Made by a program: the position numbers and the translations under genes | Part shown: positions 9,183 to 18,543 of the stretch, in pieces | Position numbering within the stretch: position 1 is the stretch's first letter | Layout of the letters: each line of letters begins with the position of its first letter | Notes under the pieces: generated by a model | Told to the model about the DNA's origin: nothing | Databases searched by the model: none | The model's input: only the letters and a program-made list of their open reading frames with translations | NCBI GenBank assembly: GCA_009778385.1 | Contig: WRJX01000100.1 | Coordinates: 2,802-66,801, forward strand | Source of the DNA: Candidatus Bathycorpusculum sp. | GTDB taxonomy: Archaea; Thermoproteota; Bathyarchaeia; Bathyarchaeales; Bathycorpusculaceae | DNA: 64,000 nt | Direction of reading: 5' to 3'

Positions 9183-10067
9183 ATGTCGGGTAGAGAGTTT
9201 TTTGTTAGCCGTTACGAGCAATTAGGTTGGAAGTATAGACCAGTTAAATTACGGCAAGCAATTCGCTTCAATTGTGCTAATATCAAGAGCCAGGATTTGA
9301 TTTCTCGTCTTTCTTGTTTGGGGTTAAATCTGGAAAAAATTAGTTTTCTGCCTCATGGTTACTGGGTTTGTGATTCTAGTGTTTCTGCAGGTGCTACTGC
9401 GGAATACTTGTTGGGTTTGTATTCAGTTCAAGAGGCTGCTGCCCAAATTCCTGTAATATTATTTACTGATCTTAAAGGTAAGACGGTACTTGATGCTTCA
9501 GCAGCTCCAGGTGGGAAAACTGTGCAATTAGCTGACAGCATGGATAACACGGGTAGCATAGTTGCAATAGATATAAACAAGCGGCGTTTAACAGCCCTAA
9601 CTAACCACTTGGAACGTTGTCATGTTAAAAATGCGGTTGTTTACCAGATTGACGCCAGAAACAGCCCAAAATTGGGTTTAAAGTTTGATTGTGTTCTAGT
9701 TGATGCTCCGTGTAGTGGAAATTTCGCCTCAGACCCAATGTGGTTCCAAAATCGCACTCTGCAAGACGTAGAACGCAATGCACGTGTGCAACGGGAAATG
9801 CTAATGAAAGCTGCTGAATGTCTAACTGATGATGGTGAAATTGTTTACTCAACTTGTTCTTTGGAGCCAGAAGAGAACGAGTTAAACATAGATTGGGCCC
9901 TGCATAGATTGGATCTGCAAGTTGCAGAAATTAACTGTACTGGCACTCCGGGGTTAACTAATATCTTTGGAAAACAATTAGACCCTTCAGTTGCGTGTTG
10001 CCGCCGGTTTTGGCCTGATCCTACACAGGGTTTCTTTGTATGCAAACTTGTGAGGCGACATACATGA
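9183..10067 (+). CDS. NOL1/NOP2/Sun-family RNA (cytosine-C5)-methyltransferase
   Basis: Motif I DASAAPGGKT, motif IV DAPCSG, motif VI YSTCSLEPEENE. The ORF track starts at 9096, but that N-terminus is a Phe-rich artefact; Met at 9183 (MSGREFFVSRYEQLGW) fits family N-termini. Confidence 0.85.
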   Translation: MSGREFFVSRYEQLGWKYRPVKLRQAIRFNCANIKSQDLISRLSCLGLNLEKISFLPHGYWVCDSSVSAGATAEYLLGLYSVQEAAAQIPVILFTDLKGKTVLDASAAPGGKTVQLADSMDNTGSIVAIDINKRRLTALTNHLERCHVKNAVVYQIDARNSPKLGLKFDCVLVDAPCSGNFASDPMWFQNRTLQDVERNARVQREMLMKAAECLTDDGEIVYSTCSLEPEENELNIDWALHRLDLQVAEINCTGTPGLTNIFGKQLDPSVACCRRFWPDPTQGFFVCKLVRRHT

Positions 10068-10546
10068 GGGCTAAAACAGTTGTAGATTTTGCATTGCAGT
10101 TTGGCGTAAAACTTAGCCTCAATGAGGAACTGTTAGTTCAGACTGATGGGCGATTTTTCCTTCTAAATAGTCAAATTAAGTCTCTTGTTAAAGATAACTT
10201 TTTTTATGCTGGAACTTTTTTGGGCAAAGTTAAGAATAGTAAATTTTTTCCAAGCTTTACTTTGCTTTCAATGATTGCAAAACAGCAGGAGGCTAATCGT
10301 ATACTTGTTGATAGAAAGGTAGGTTGGCTGTTTATCTGTGGCAGAGACATTTTTAAGAAAGGTGTAATGCGAACGTATGGTAAGATTCAGCGGAACTCTC
10401 ATGTTTTAGTGTTTAACGAATTTGGTGAATGCCTTGGTTTTGGCAGGGTTTTGGCTGGATTGGAGCAGCAGGCGGATAAAAATGTTGTAGCGGTGGCTAA
10501 CGTGTTGGATGTGGGTGATTTTTTGCGTCGTGAGCGTGATTTATAG
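10064..10546 (+). CDS. NIP7-like PUA-domain protein (ribosome biogenesis/RNA-binding)
   Basis: 160 aa with a C-terminal PUA-like segment (HVLVFNEFGECLGFGRV ... VANVLDVGDFLRRE). ATG 10064 overlaps the TGA of the upstream methyltransferase (ATGA). Confidence 0.65.
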   Translation: MRAKTVVDFALQFGVKLSLNEELLVQTDGRFFLLNSQIKSLVKDNFFYAGTFLGKVKNSKFFPSFTLLSMIAKQQEANRILVDRKVGWLFICGRDIFKKGVMRTYGKIQRNSHVLVFNEFGECLGFGRVLAGLEQQADKNVVAVANVLDVGDFLRRERDL

Positions 10547-10754
10547 ATGCTTTGCCCGTTTAGAGATGTTGTTTGTTGGTTCTAATGATTCCTCTGTTAA
10601 GCCTTTTGTTAATACATTATTTCAATTAAAGCTTAATTAATTGAACGTTTATCTAGTATATATAACGATAAACTTATATATGCTCATGTTGAACCTTTTT
10701 TCCGTAACATCTGAAAACAGAATGGCAAGTTCGTAAAAGGGAGATAGCGATTAA

Positions 10755-12119
10755 ATGAAGAACTTCAAAGATGTGGTTTGGAAAGAGAAAGTAACCGAAG
10801 TTATAAAAATAATACAAGAAAAAGACATAAAATTTGTCAGGCTCCAATTTACCGATATAAACGGTATGCTAAAAAACCTAGCTGTAAGTTCAAAAAACAT
10901 CGAAAGTATTTTTGAAAACGGCCAATCATTCGACGGGTCTTCAATCACTGGATGTAGATCAGTTGAAGAATCCGACATGGCCCTATACCCCGACCCAGCA
11001 ACCTTCGCAAGCTTACCTTGGAGGCCAAAAGAAAAATCCTCCTGCAGACTAATCTGCGACATCTACACGCCACAAAACAAACGCTTTGAAGCAGACCCAC
11101 GCTACATCCTTGAAAGAGCAATCGAAAAAGCTCACAAAGCAGGATACAAATACATCTGCGCCCCAGAACTAGAATTTTTCATAGTAAAAGAATCCGAAAA
11201 CGGCGGTCTACCAACACCCATTGACTTAGCAGGATACTTTGACTTCCACCCAAGTGACCTAACCGATGATCTAAGACGCGAAATCGCTGACACAGCAGAA
11301 GCCTTCGGCATAGACATAGAAATCAGCCACCACGAAGTAGCCCTAGGCCAAAATGAAATAGACTTCAAATACGGCGAAGCCCTAGAAACAGCCGACCGCG
11401 CAATAACCCTAAAAATGTGCGGAAAAATCGTAGCCGCAAGAGCCGGATACCTAACAACTTACATGCCCAAACCCTTCCAAGGCATAAATGGTAGCGGTAT
11501 GCACATACACCAGAGCCTCTGGAGCCCCGATGGAACAACAAACCTGTTCTACTCTGAAAGCGCTCAAAACGGCTACCTCTCAGACCTCGCACGCAACTTC
11601 ATCGGTGGACAACTTATGCACGGACGCAAAATGTGTGCAATCCTTAATAGCTGGCCAAACAGCTTCAAACGACTAGTACCAGGCTATGAAGCGCCTGTCT
11701 ACCTTGCATGGGCACATAAAAACCGTAGTCCACTTATCCGCGTACCAAACTTTGGCGGAAGAAAAACCGCTGCAAGATGTGAAATCAGATGCCCCGACGG
11801 CGCCGGTAACCCCTACATGCAATTCGCCGTACTTCTAGCAACAGGTCTTGATGGCATCAAGAACAAAACAGACCCAGGTGACCCCGTAGAACTAAACGTT
11901 TACCACATGAGCTACGAAGAACGCAAAGAACGCGGCATCGTCTCACTACCTGAATCACTAAAAGAAGCTCTAGATGAATTCGAAACAAGCGACCTAATGA
12001 AAGAAACCCTAGGCGAAACAGCATTTGAAAACTTTTTAAAAGAAAAACGCCGCGAATGGGACGCATACCGCCTACAAGTAAGCGAATGGGAAGTAAACCG
12101 CTACATCAAACGACTCTAA
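10755..12119 (+). CDS. glnA: glutamine synthetase, type I
   Basis: 454 aa, full-length GS-I pattern (FVRLQFTDINGMLK, FDGSSI, PELEFF, HHEVALGQNEIDF, MPKPFQGINGSGMHIHQSLW, NRSPLIRVP). GGGAG Shine-Dalgarno upstream. Confidence 0.95.
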   Translation: MKNFKDVVWKEKVTEVIKIIQEKDIKFVRLQFTDINGMLKNLAVSSKNIESIFENGQSFDGSSITGCRSVEESDMALYPDPATFASLPWRPKEKSSCRLICDIYTPQNKRFEADPRYILERAIEKAHKAGYKYICAPELEFFIVKESENGGLPTPIDLAGYFDFHPSDLTDDLRREIADTAEAFGIDIEISHHEVALGQNEIDFKYGEALETADRAITLKMCGKIVAARAGYLTTYMPKPFQGINGSGMHIHQSLWSPDGTTNLFYSESAQNGYLSDLARNFIGGQLMHGRKMCAILNSWPNSFKRLVPGYEAPVYLAWAHKNRSPLIRVPNFGGRKTAARCEIRCPDGAGNPYMQFAVLLATGLDGIKNKTDPGDPVELNVYHMSYEERKERGIVSLPESLKEALDEFETSDLMKETLGETAFENFLKEKRREWDAYRLQVSEWEVNRYIKRL

Positions 12120-12131
12120 ACCACAAAAAAC

Positions 12132-12149
12132 TAAGCCATATTTGGCTTA
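12132..12149. terminator. hairpin between convergent glnA and hisS
   Basis: TAAGCCA-tatt-TGGCTTA (7-bp stem) followed by the T-rich CTTTCTTTTGTTT. Confidence 0.4.
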
Positions 12150-12168
12150 CAAACTTTCTTTTGTTTAA

Positions 12169-13446
12169 TTAATTTTTGATTTTTTCAAACAAATCCAATA
12201 TCAAAATAGTTGTTTGCTCATGACTCTTAAGATCTTTAACAACCACTGTGCCCTCTTTAAGTTCACGTTCACCGACAATAACCGCATAGTCAAAGTTACG
12301 TTTATCTGCATCTTCTAAAGCCTTGCCCATTCTGCGTCCCATAATCTCAAACTCAACAGAAACTCCTCGTTCACGTAACAACTGGGCAATTTTTAAAGCT
12401 TCAACTTTTACTGATTCAGTAATGGGAATTACCGCAGCAACTTTTCTTTCTACATTAATTGAACCTGCCGTATTTTGGGTCTGCAATGCAATTACCACTC
12501 GATCAATTCCGTGAGCACAGCCAACTGCAGGGGTAGGCTCACCTCCAAAGGTTTCAATTAATCGGTCATATCTTCCTCCGCCTCCAAGGGCAATTTCCAG
12601 TTGCGGAATATAGACTTCAAAAATCATCCCAGTGTAATACTCAAGCCCTCGGGCAAACGCCGGCTCAACAGTTAAAGAAAGCTCCGCACTTGAAGTAATC
12701 AGCTTGAGCACTTCGGATAGATTTTCTGCTGCAGCTTTAGCCTTCTCATAACCTGCAACTAAAACATTGATCTGCTCAATGGTGTCGTACCAATCTTTAC
12801 CTTTAATGTTAATTAAGCCCTGTAGTGTACTTCGGCATTTCTCTGAGTCAACAAGCTTAAGTGCTAGCTCATACTCTTTTTTGTCCATGCGCTGTAGCAC
12901 TGCGTTTTGGGTTTTTTCGTCAACGCCATCTTGGCTAAGAATGCCCCTAATGATGCCTATGTGACCAATCTTGAAAGCATAACTCTGCAATCCAAGTGTC
13001 CGCATGAGCCTGTCGGTGAGTAGGATAATTTCGGTGTCTGCTTCAGGTTTGTTGGAGCCCATTAATTCAAAGTTTGACTGCCAAAATTCTCTATACCTAC
13101 CACGTTGAGGTTCATCATATCTGTAAACTGTGCCCACTGAAAACAGTTTCAATGGTTTTGGCTCATTTTTTAGTGTCGATGTGGCTAAGCGTGCAATTGA
13201 GGCAGTAAATTCTGGACGCAGAGCAACTTGTCGCCCGCCTAAATCTTCAAATATGAACATTCTTTGGCGTATTTCGTCTCCTGATTTAGCACTTAACAAC
13301 TCTAAGGGCTCGACATGAGGAGTAACTGCTTCTTTGAACCCGAAAAGTGAAGCAGTTTCTCGCGCTTTAGTTATAACATTGGTAAATGTCTGGGCTTCTT
13401 CGCCAAGTAAATCTCGCATTCCGCGAACTGTTTGGAAAGTAGGCAT
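12169..13446 (-). CDS. hisS: histidyl-tRNA synthetase
   Basis: 425 aa. Class II motifs (MRDLLGEE, FRYDEPQRGRYREFWQ, GGGGRYDRL) and a C-terminal anticodon-binding domain. Confidence 0.92.
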   Translation of the reverse strand: MPTFQTVRGMRDLLGEEAQTFTNVITKARETASLFGFKEAVTPHVEPLELLSAKSGDEIRQRMFIFEDLGGRQVALRPEFTASIARLATSTLKNEPKPLKLFSVGTVYRYDEPQRGRYREFWQSNFELMGSNKPEADTEIILLTDRLMRTLGLQSYAFKIGHIGIIRGILSQDGVDEKTQNAVLQRMDKKEYELALKLVDSEKCRSTLQGLINIKGKDWYDTIEQINVLVAGYEKAKAAAENLSEVLKLITSSAELSLTVEPAFARGLEYYTGMIFEVYIPQLEIALGGGGRYDRLIETFGGEPTPAVGCAHGIDRVVIALQTQNTAGSINVERKVAAVIPITESVKVEALKIAQLLRERGVSVEFEIMGRRMGKALEDADKRNFDYAVIVGERELKEGTVVVKDLKSHEQTTILILDLFEKIKN

Positions 13447-13973
13447 ACAGGCTTCCTTCTAATGAATAAACTATCTGTGCTATTGATGATGTATTTAATC
13501 TTTTAAACACTATCTTAACCTGTAGAGTATTCTTCGTATATATTGAAAAAGAGGTTGTCAGACATTTTTGTTGTGAACGTCTTTTTCTTGTTAGGCTGTG
13601 GCAGTTTTGTTTTTTGCGTTGTTTGGGAAGTGTTTTTTTCTCGTATCTTGTAATAACGATTTTATTTCAGAAAAAAGTGGAAACTTGTATAGGGTGAATT
13701 GAACTGATAGGTTGAGGGTTAAGTTTATGTGTTGACTTATGAACACTCTGCGTTTGGTGTTGCGTTAAAATTAAGTTCTTTTCTTTAAAGGTGCTTGTTT
13801 TTTCGCCCAGCTTTATACTTTATTGCCATAAAGTTAATAGGTTACAAATTCAATGTCCCTGTGGTTTCCTCTATTATTCGAGAGATTTCCATATGCATAA
13901 ACTATTCCAAAATGTACTACATTCAAATCAAAATAACAACATTATGAAAGTTAAAGTGGAGAATGAATAAGTT

Positions 13974-16187
13974 ATGGCGCGTTTTAGACAAAATGATGAA
14001 ATTGTTAAATTAATGGAAAACCCAAAAATCATCCGTAACACCAGCATTATTGCTCATGTGGATCATGGCAAAACAACTTTGTCGGATAGTCTTTTGGCAC
14101 ATGCAGGAATTATCAGTGCAGATGTTGCTGGACAAAAACGGTTCCTTGATAGTTATATTCTTGAGAAACAGCGTGGCGTTACAATTTTTGCTTCAAACGT
14201 CAGCTTGGTTCACACATATGAGAATACAGAACATTTGATTAACCTTATCGATACTCCAGGACACATTGACTTTTCAAGCGCAGTTACACGAAGTTTAAGA
14301 GCTGTTGATGGTGCACTTGTAGTTGTTGATGCTGTAGAGGGTCCAATGACTCAAACAGAAACCGTCCTCATGCAAGCGCTTAAAGAAAGAGTAAAACCGC
14401 TCTTATTTATCAATAAAGTTGATCGATTAATCAAAGAAATCAAGTTATCTCCACAAGAAATTCAGAAAAGATTTGCAAAAGTTCTCATAAAAATCAACAA
14501 TCTAATTGAAAAACACGCTCCACCAGAATATAAAGAAGCCTGGAAAATTAAAATTGAAGATACTGTTGCTTTTGGTTCAGCCCTTCACAAGTGGGGCTTA
14601 AGCCTTGACTATATGAAACAAAAACAAATTAGCTTCCAAGACATCATCGACGCATATACTGGCGACCCTGAGGAAGTTAGCGCAAAAGTAACTGCATTAA
14701 GCAAGAGAGCACCTCTACCAGAACCAATTCTTAACATGTTCTGCAAACACTTACCAAGCCCACTAGTCGCTCAACCATATCGTCAACAAAAGATTTGGGC
14801 AGGCGATGTAACTTCACCAGTTGGTGTTGGCATGGCAAAAGTTGACCCTAAGGCTCCACTGCTTATGTGTATTTCCACAATTGATGTGGACCCACACAGT
14901 GGTACTGTTGCCATTGGCAGAATTTTCAGTGGTACCATCACTAAAGGTAAAGACGTACAGCTAGTTGGTTCACAACGGACCGGTACTATTCAACAAGTTT
15001 TCATGAGTATGGCAGCTGATCGTGTCATAGTTGACCGTGTGCCAGCAGGCAACATTGGTGCAGTCTCAGGTTTACCCGTTATGCGCGTTGGTGAAACCAT
15101 AGGCGAGGCAAATTGTGAAATTCACAGCTTTGAAGGCTTAACATATGTGTCTGACCCAGTCGTTACTGTAGCTGTTGAACCAGAAAACGTTAAAGATCTG
15201 CCACTTTTCGACAAAGTTATGCATAAACTCACAACAGAAGATCCTTGCATACGCTTTGTCATGAATAAAGAATCAGGCGAATTCCTCCTCTCAGGCATGG
15301 GTGAGCTTCACCTTGAAATCACCGCCTACCGAATGCAAGAAGCAGGTCTCAAAGTCAAACTCAGCAAACCAATTGTTATCTACAGAGAAACCATCAACCA
15401 CGACTATACTGGCCCAGCAGTTATGGGTAAAAGCCCCAATAAACACAACAAACTCTGGATAACCATAGAAAAACTCCCTGAAGAAATCATAGAAGCAATT
15501 AAATCAGAAAAAATTACTGATTTACAAAACAAAGACGAAAGAGCCAAAGTCCTCAAAAGTTTCGGCTGGGAACCAGACGAAGCAAAAGGTGCAGTTGCAA
15601 TTGAAGAAAGCAACATCCTAGTCAACCGCATCCGCGGACGCCAATACGTAGAAGAAGTCATAGACCACATAAAAACCGGCTTCCGTGAAGCAGTCCACAC
15701 CTCACCACTTACAAGAGAACCAGCCCATGGCCTAAAAATCAACCTAGAAGATATCACCCTACACGAAGACCCAGTCCACAGAGGCCCAGCACAAGCCATC
15801 CCAATGACATGGAGACCAATCTACTGCGTTATTCTACTAAGCAAACCCAGACTACTTGAACCCCTCATAAACTTTGAATGCAACGTCCCATCAGAATTCG
15901 TCAGCAGCGTCCTTGCAACTGTTAACAAACGCCGCGGCAAAATCCTAGATATGCCCTCAGAAGAAGACATGATAACTGTCAAAGCAGAAATGCCCGTATC
16001 TGAAAGCTTTGGTATCGCCGATGAACTTAGAAGCTCAACCGAAGGACGTGCATTCTGGGCAACTCAATTCAGCCGTTGGGCACCAGTTCCAGAACAATTA
16101 CAAGAAGAACTAATCAAAGGAATTCGCGAACGCAAAGGACTACCACCAGTTCCACCTAAGCCAGAAGAATACTTCGAGAAAGAATAA
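13974..16187 (+). CDS. fusA: translation elongation factor 2 (aEF-2)
   Basis: 737 aa. G1 AHVDHGKTT, DTPGH, NKVDR. Diphthamide-region HEDPVHRG in domain IV. Confidence 0.95.
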   Translation: MARFRQNDEIVKLMENPKIIRNTSIIAHVDHGKTTLSDSLLAHAGIISADVAGQKRFLDSYILEKQRGVTIFASNVSLVHTYENTEHLINLIDTPGHIDFSSAVTRSLRAVDGALVVVDAVEGPMTQTETVLMQALKERVKPLLFINKVDRLIKEIKLSPQEIQKRFAKVLIKINNLIEKHAPPEYKEAWKIKIEDTVAFGSALHKWGLSLDYMKQKQISFQDIIDAYTGDPEEVSAKVTALSKRAPLPEPILNMFCKHLPSPLVAQPYRQQKIWAGDVTSPVGVGMAKVDPKAPLLMCISTIDVDPHSGTVAIGRIFSGTITKGKDVQLVGSQRTGTIQQVFMSMAADRVIVDRVPAGNIGAVSGLPVMRVGETIGEANCEIHSFEGLTYVSDPVVTVAVEPENVKDLPLFDKVMHKLTTEDPCIRFVMNKESGEFLLSGMGELHLEITAYRMQEAGLKVKLSKPIVIYRETINHDYTGPAVMGKSPNKHNKLWITIEKLPEEIIEAIKSEKITDLQNKDERAKVLKSFGWEPDEAKGAVAIEESNILVNRIRGRQYVEEVIDHIKTGFREAVHTSPLTREPAHGLKINLEDITLHEDPVHRGPAQAIPMTWRPIYCVILLSKPRLLEPLINFECNVPSEFVSSVLATVNKRRGKILDMPSEEDMITVKAEMPVSESFGIADELRSSTEGRAFWATQFSRWAPVPEQLQEELIKGIRERKGLPPVPPKPEEYFEKE

Positions 16188-16237
16188 TCTCGAACAATTC
16201 TTTCTATTTTTATTTGTTCTTACCTAAAACTTCTTTT

Positions 16238-16588
16238 TTACTCTTCTACATTTCTGAATTCTGTTTTTGTCTCATGTCGCGGTTGCTCACTAGGCAAAAA
16301 ATCGTTTTCTCCAAATAGTCTATGTTCACCTACAAGATGCTCACCCATAGGCACTGAACGTTTATAGCTGCTATACGCCTTATCAATTTCTTCCTGCAAC
16401 CGCCTAAGCTCCATGTCTGTTTCTTGTCGCAACTTTTCAGTTGTCCAACTATCTTCCACACGTTTTTCTACTCGTTCCACAATTTCTTGGGCTACCCGTT
16501 CAGACAAACCAACATCTTTTAAACTACTTTCCAAGTTTTTACTGTCAAAATTCTTTTCTATACCATCTTTTCCAATGATTTTAACCAA
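16238..16588 (-). CDS. stand-alone ATP-cone domain protein
   Basis: The N-terminus VKIIGKDGIEKNFDSKNLESSLKDVGLSERVAQEIVERVEKRV matches the ATP-cone pattern (V.K.DG..E.F...K...S). TTG start. Confidence 0.55.
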   Translation of the reverse strand: MVKIIGKDGIEKNFDSKNLESSLKDVGLSERVAQEIVERVEKRVEDSWTTEKLRQETDMELRRLQEEIDKAYSSYKRSVPMGEHLVGEHRLFGENDFLPSEQPRHETKTEFRNVEE

Positions 16589-16753
16589 GAAATTTCATCT
16601 CCACAGAAAAACACAAGTCTCAGTGTCGAGCTATCTTAGGAACCGCACGGAAACATAAAGTTGTGTGACTGTCAAAGTACAATAACTTCACAAAACTGTC
16701 TAAGTTTTAAATGTTTAGAAAAGATTTTATGTATATTTGTAGTTAAAATTATA

Positions 16754-17350
16754 ATGAGCTTTATGATTGTAGGTATTTGTGCTAGCCCACGTCAGCAAGC
16801 CACAGACCACGTGTTACATGAAGCACTACGGATGCTTGAAGAAAAGGGCATCCAAACTACTTTTTGGGGAGTCCGTGGTAAAAAAATCGGCTTTTGTACG
16901 CACTGTGATTATTGCCTAAAAAACAAAGTTTGCGCATTAAAAGACGACATGTTCGAACTGTATCCACTGTTAAAAGAGGCTGAGGGTATAATATTTGCAA
17001 CTCCAACATACAATAATGGTGTAAGCGCACAATTAAAAGCGGTACTAGATCGTTGTCGCGCAGTAGTAGCAAGTGATAAAAATTTTTTCAGAGGAAAAAT
17101 CGGTATGGGCATCGCTTTAGGCGGAGATCGTAATGGTGGACAAGAGCATGCTTTAATGCAAATCATAGATTTTCAAATTCTTGACGGTATGATTCCTGTC
17201 AGCGGAGGTTTTTTTGGGGCAAACATGGGCGCTACGTTTTGGACAAAAGACACCCTTGAGGGCGTCAAGCAAGATGAGGAAGGCTTTAGAAGCCTGAAGA
17301 AGACAGTTAATAAGTTCTCTGATTTTCTTTTAGAGAGAAAGGTGACATAA
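16754..17350 (+). CDS. iron-sulfur flavoprotein (Isf) / NADPH-dependent FMN reductase family
   Basis: Flavodoxin-like fold start MIVGICASPR, compact Cys motif CTHCDYCLKNKVC (CX2CX2CX5C), ATPTYNNGVSAQLK. The likely start is Met at 16754; the ORF track begins at 16661. Confidence 0.75.
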   Translation: MSFMIVGICASPRQQATDHVLHEALRMLEEKGIQTTFWGVRGKKIGFCTHCDYCLKNKVCALKDDMFELYPLLKEAEGIIFATPTYNNGVSAQLKAVLDRCRAVVASDKNFFRGKIGMGIALGGDRNGGQEHALMQIIDFQILDGMIPVSGGFFGANMGATFWTKDTLEGVKQDEEGFRSLKKTVNKFSDFLLERKVT

Positions 17351-17352
17351 AA

Positions 17353-17925
17353 ATGGTTGAAGTACAAAAAAAATGTAAAGTTGCTTGGGGAATAACTGGT
17401 GGTGGCGATAAAGTTGCCGGAATCGCCAAAATAATGATTGACCTTAAAAAACAGTATGAGCATAGTGTGGATATTCACGTTTTTGTTTCTAAAAATGGGG
17501 AGACAATGCTTAGGTTTTATAAGCAGTTTGACCTTTTAAAGCAAGAGTTTTCCAATTTTGCTGTTGAAATGAATCCTAATGCGCCATTTTTGGCGGGTTG
17601 GGTGCAAAGTGGAAAATATGACTTCTTGCTGGTTGCTCCTGCATCCTCTAATACAGTCGCTAAAATCGTTAACGGTATAGGCGATACTTTAATCACTAAT
17701 TCTGTTATTATGAGCTTGAAAGCTTTTGGTACCGTATACGTTTTGCCTACAGACTACCAAGAGGGTGTTGTTGAAACGGTTATCCCCAATGGTAAAACCA
17801 TAAAAATTCAGGTACGCAAAGAAGAGGCTGAGCAGACACGTAAACTGGAACAAATGGCCGGTATGCACGTGTTTGAAAATCCTGAAGAAATCCGTCACAT
17901 CTTTAAAGAACGCTACAGCAAATAA
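17353..17925 (+). CDS. afpA: AfpA-type archaeoflavoprotein (HFCD-like FMN protein)
   Basis: KVAWGITGGGDK and PASSNTVAKIVNGIGDTLITN motifs of the AfpA/HFCD flavoprotein family. Starts 2 nt after the Isf stop (operon). Confidence 0.7.
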   Translation: MVEVQKKCKVAWGITGGGDKVAGIAKIMIDLKKQYEHSVDIHVFVSKNGETMLRFYKQFDLLKQEFSNFAVEMNPNAPFLAGWVQSGKYDFLLVAPASSNTVAKIVNGIGDTLITNSVIMSLKAFGTVYVLPTDYQEGVVETVIPNGKTIKIQVRKEEAEQTRKLEQMAGMHVFENPEEIRHIFKERYSK

Positions 17926-18283
17926 TAGCCTTCTTCTTTTGTTTCATTTTTTTAATTAACATTTAATCGCCTACTTTTTGTTTAATTATTTACTTTGCCT
18001 GCTGACTTGTAAAACGGTGGGTCTTTTTGTTTTATGAGATTCCGGAAGAAACTCGAACAGAATGCTAAACACCCTAAAAACAGAAATAGAAACCTACGCA
18101 TATCCACAAATCAAACGGCAATATGGTCTTAGGCGGTAAAGTCATTTGGAAAGAGCTTACTCCTTTATTTTCTACTTTGAATAAAAAGGGATTTTACCTT
18201 CGTTAAGGTAAGAGTGGATTACGTTTAATTTCCGTATGTTTGGGTATACAGACAGATCTTTCTATTTGTTCTTCTTTGTGTTT

Positions 18284-18406
18284 GGGGCGTTTGGGGCGTT
18301 TGTTTCGGAACTTTTTCCGGAAGGGGGGAGGAGGATAGTATAGAGAGAGTGGGGGAAAATTTTCCGGAGGTAACGCCCAACATGCCCTAAACGCCCTCTT
18401 TTTTTT
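18284..18406 (+). ncRNA. candidate structured RNA (unknown family)
   Basis: GC-rich island in AT-rich spacer. Nested helices: 18285-18292/18389-18396 (GGGCGTTT/AAACGCCC), 18294-18300/18372-18378 (GGGCGTT/AACGCCC), 18316-18321/18363-18368 (TCCGGA/TCCGGA), enclosing a purine-only-rich loop. Ends in T8 (18399-18406). Confidence 0.35.
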
Positions 18407-18543
18407 GTGGGCTCTAAGGGTCGACAATCTACGTGTTGTTTTTGTGGTGGTTTAATTGAGAATTAGCATTGTGTTGAAGGTTAAGTTTTGAGAATCCTGT
18501 TCATGAATCTAAATTTTCGGATGTATTGGGAGGGGGGTGGGGG

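Noticed and set aside
10640-10700. An NrpR-type nitrogen operator (GGAA-N6-TTCC) upstream of glnA
   Set aside because: The spacer has TATA-like runs and a GTTTATC-N13-GATAAAC inverted repeat, but no GGAA-N6-TTCC element. I cannot support a specific regulator call.
18203-18427. 74-aa minus-strand ORF in the 17926-18543 spacer
   Set aside because: It has low-complexity Pro/Lys/Arg-rich translation and coincides with the GC-rich nested-helix element. The sequence is better explained as a structured RNA or repeat than as a protein.
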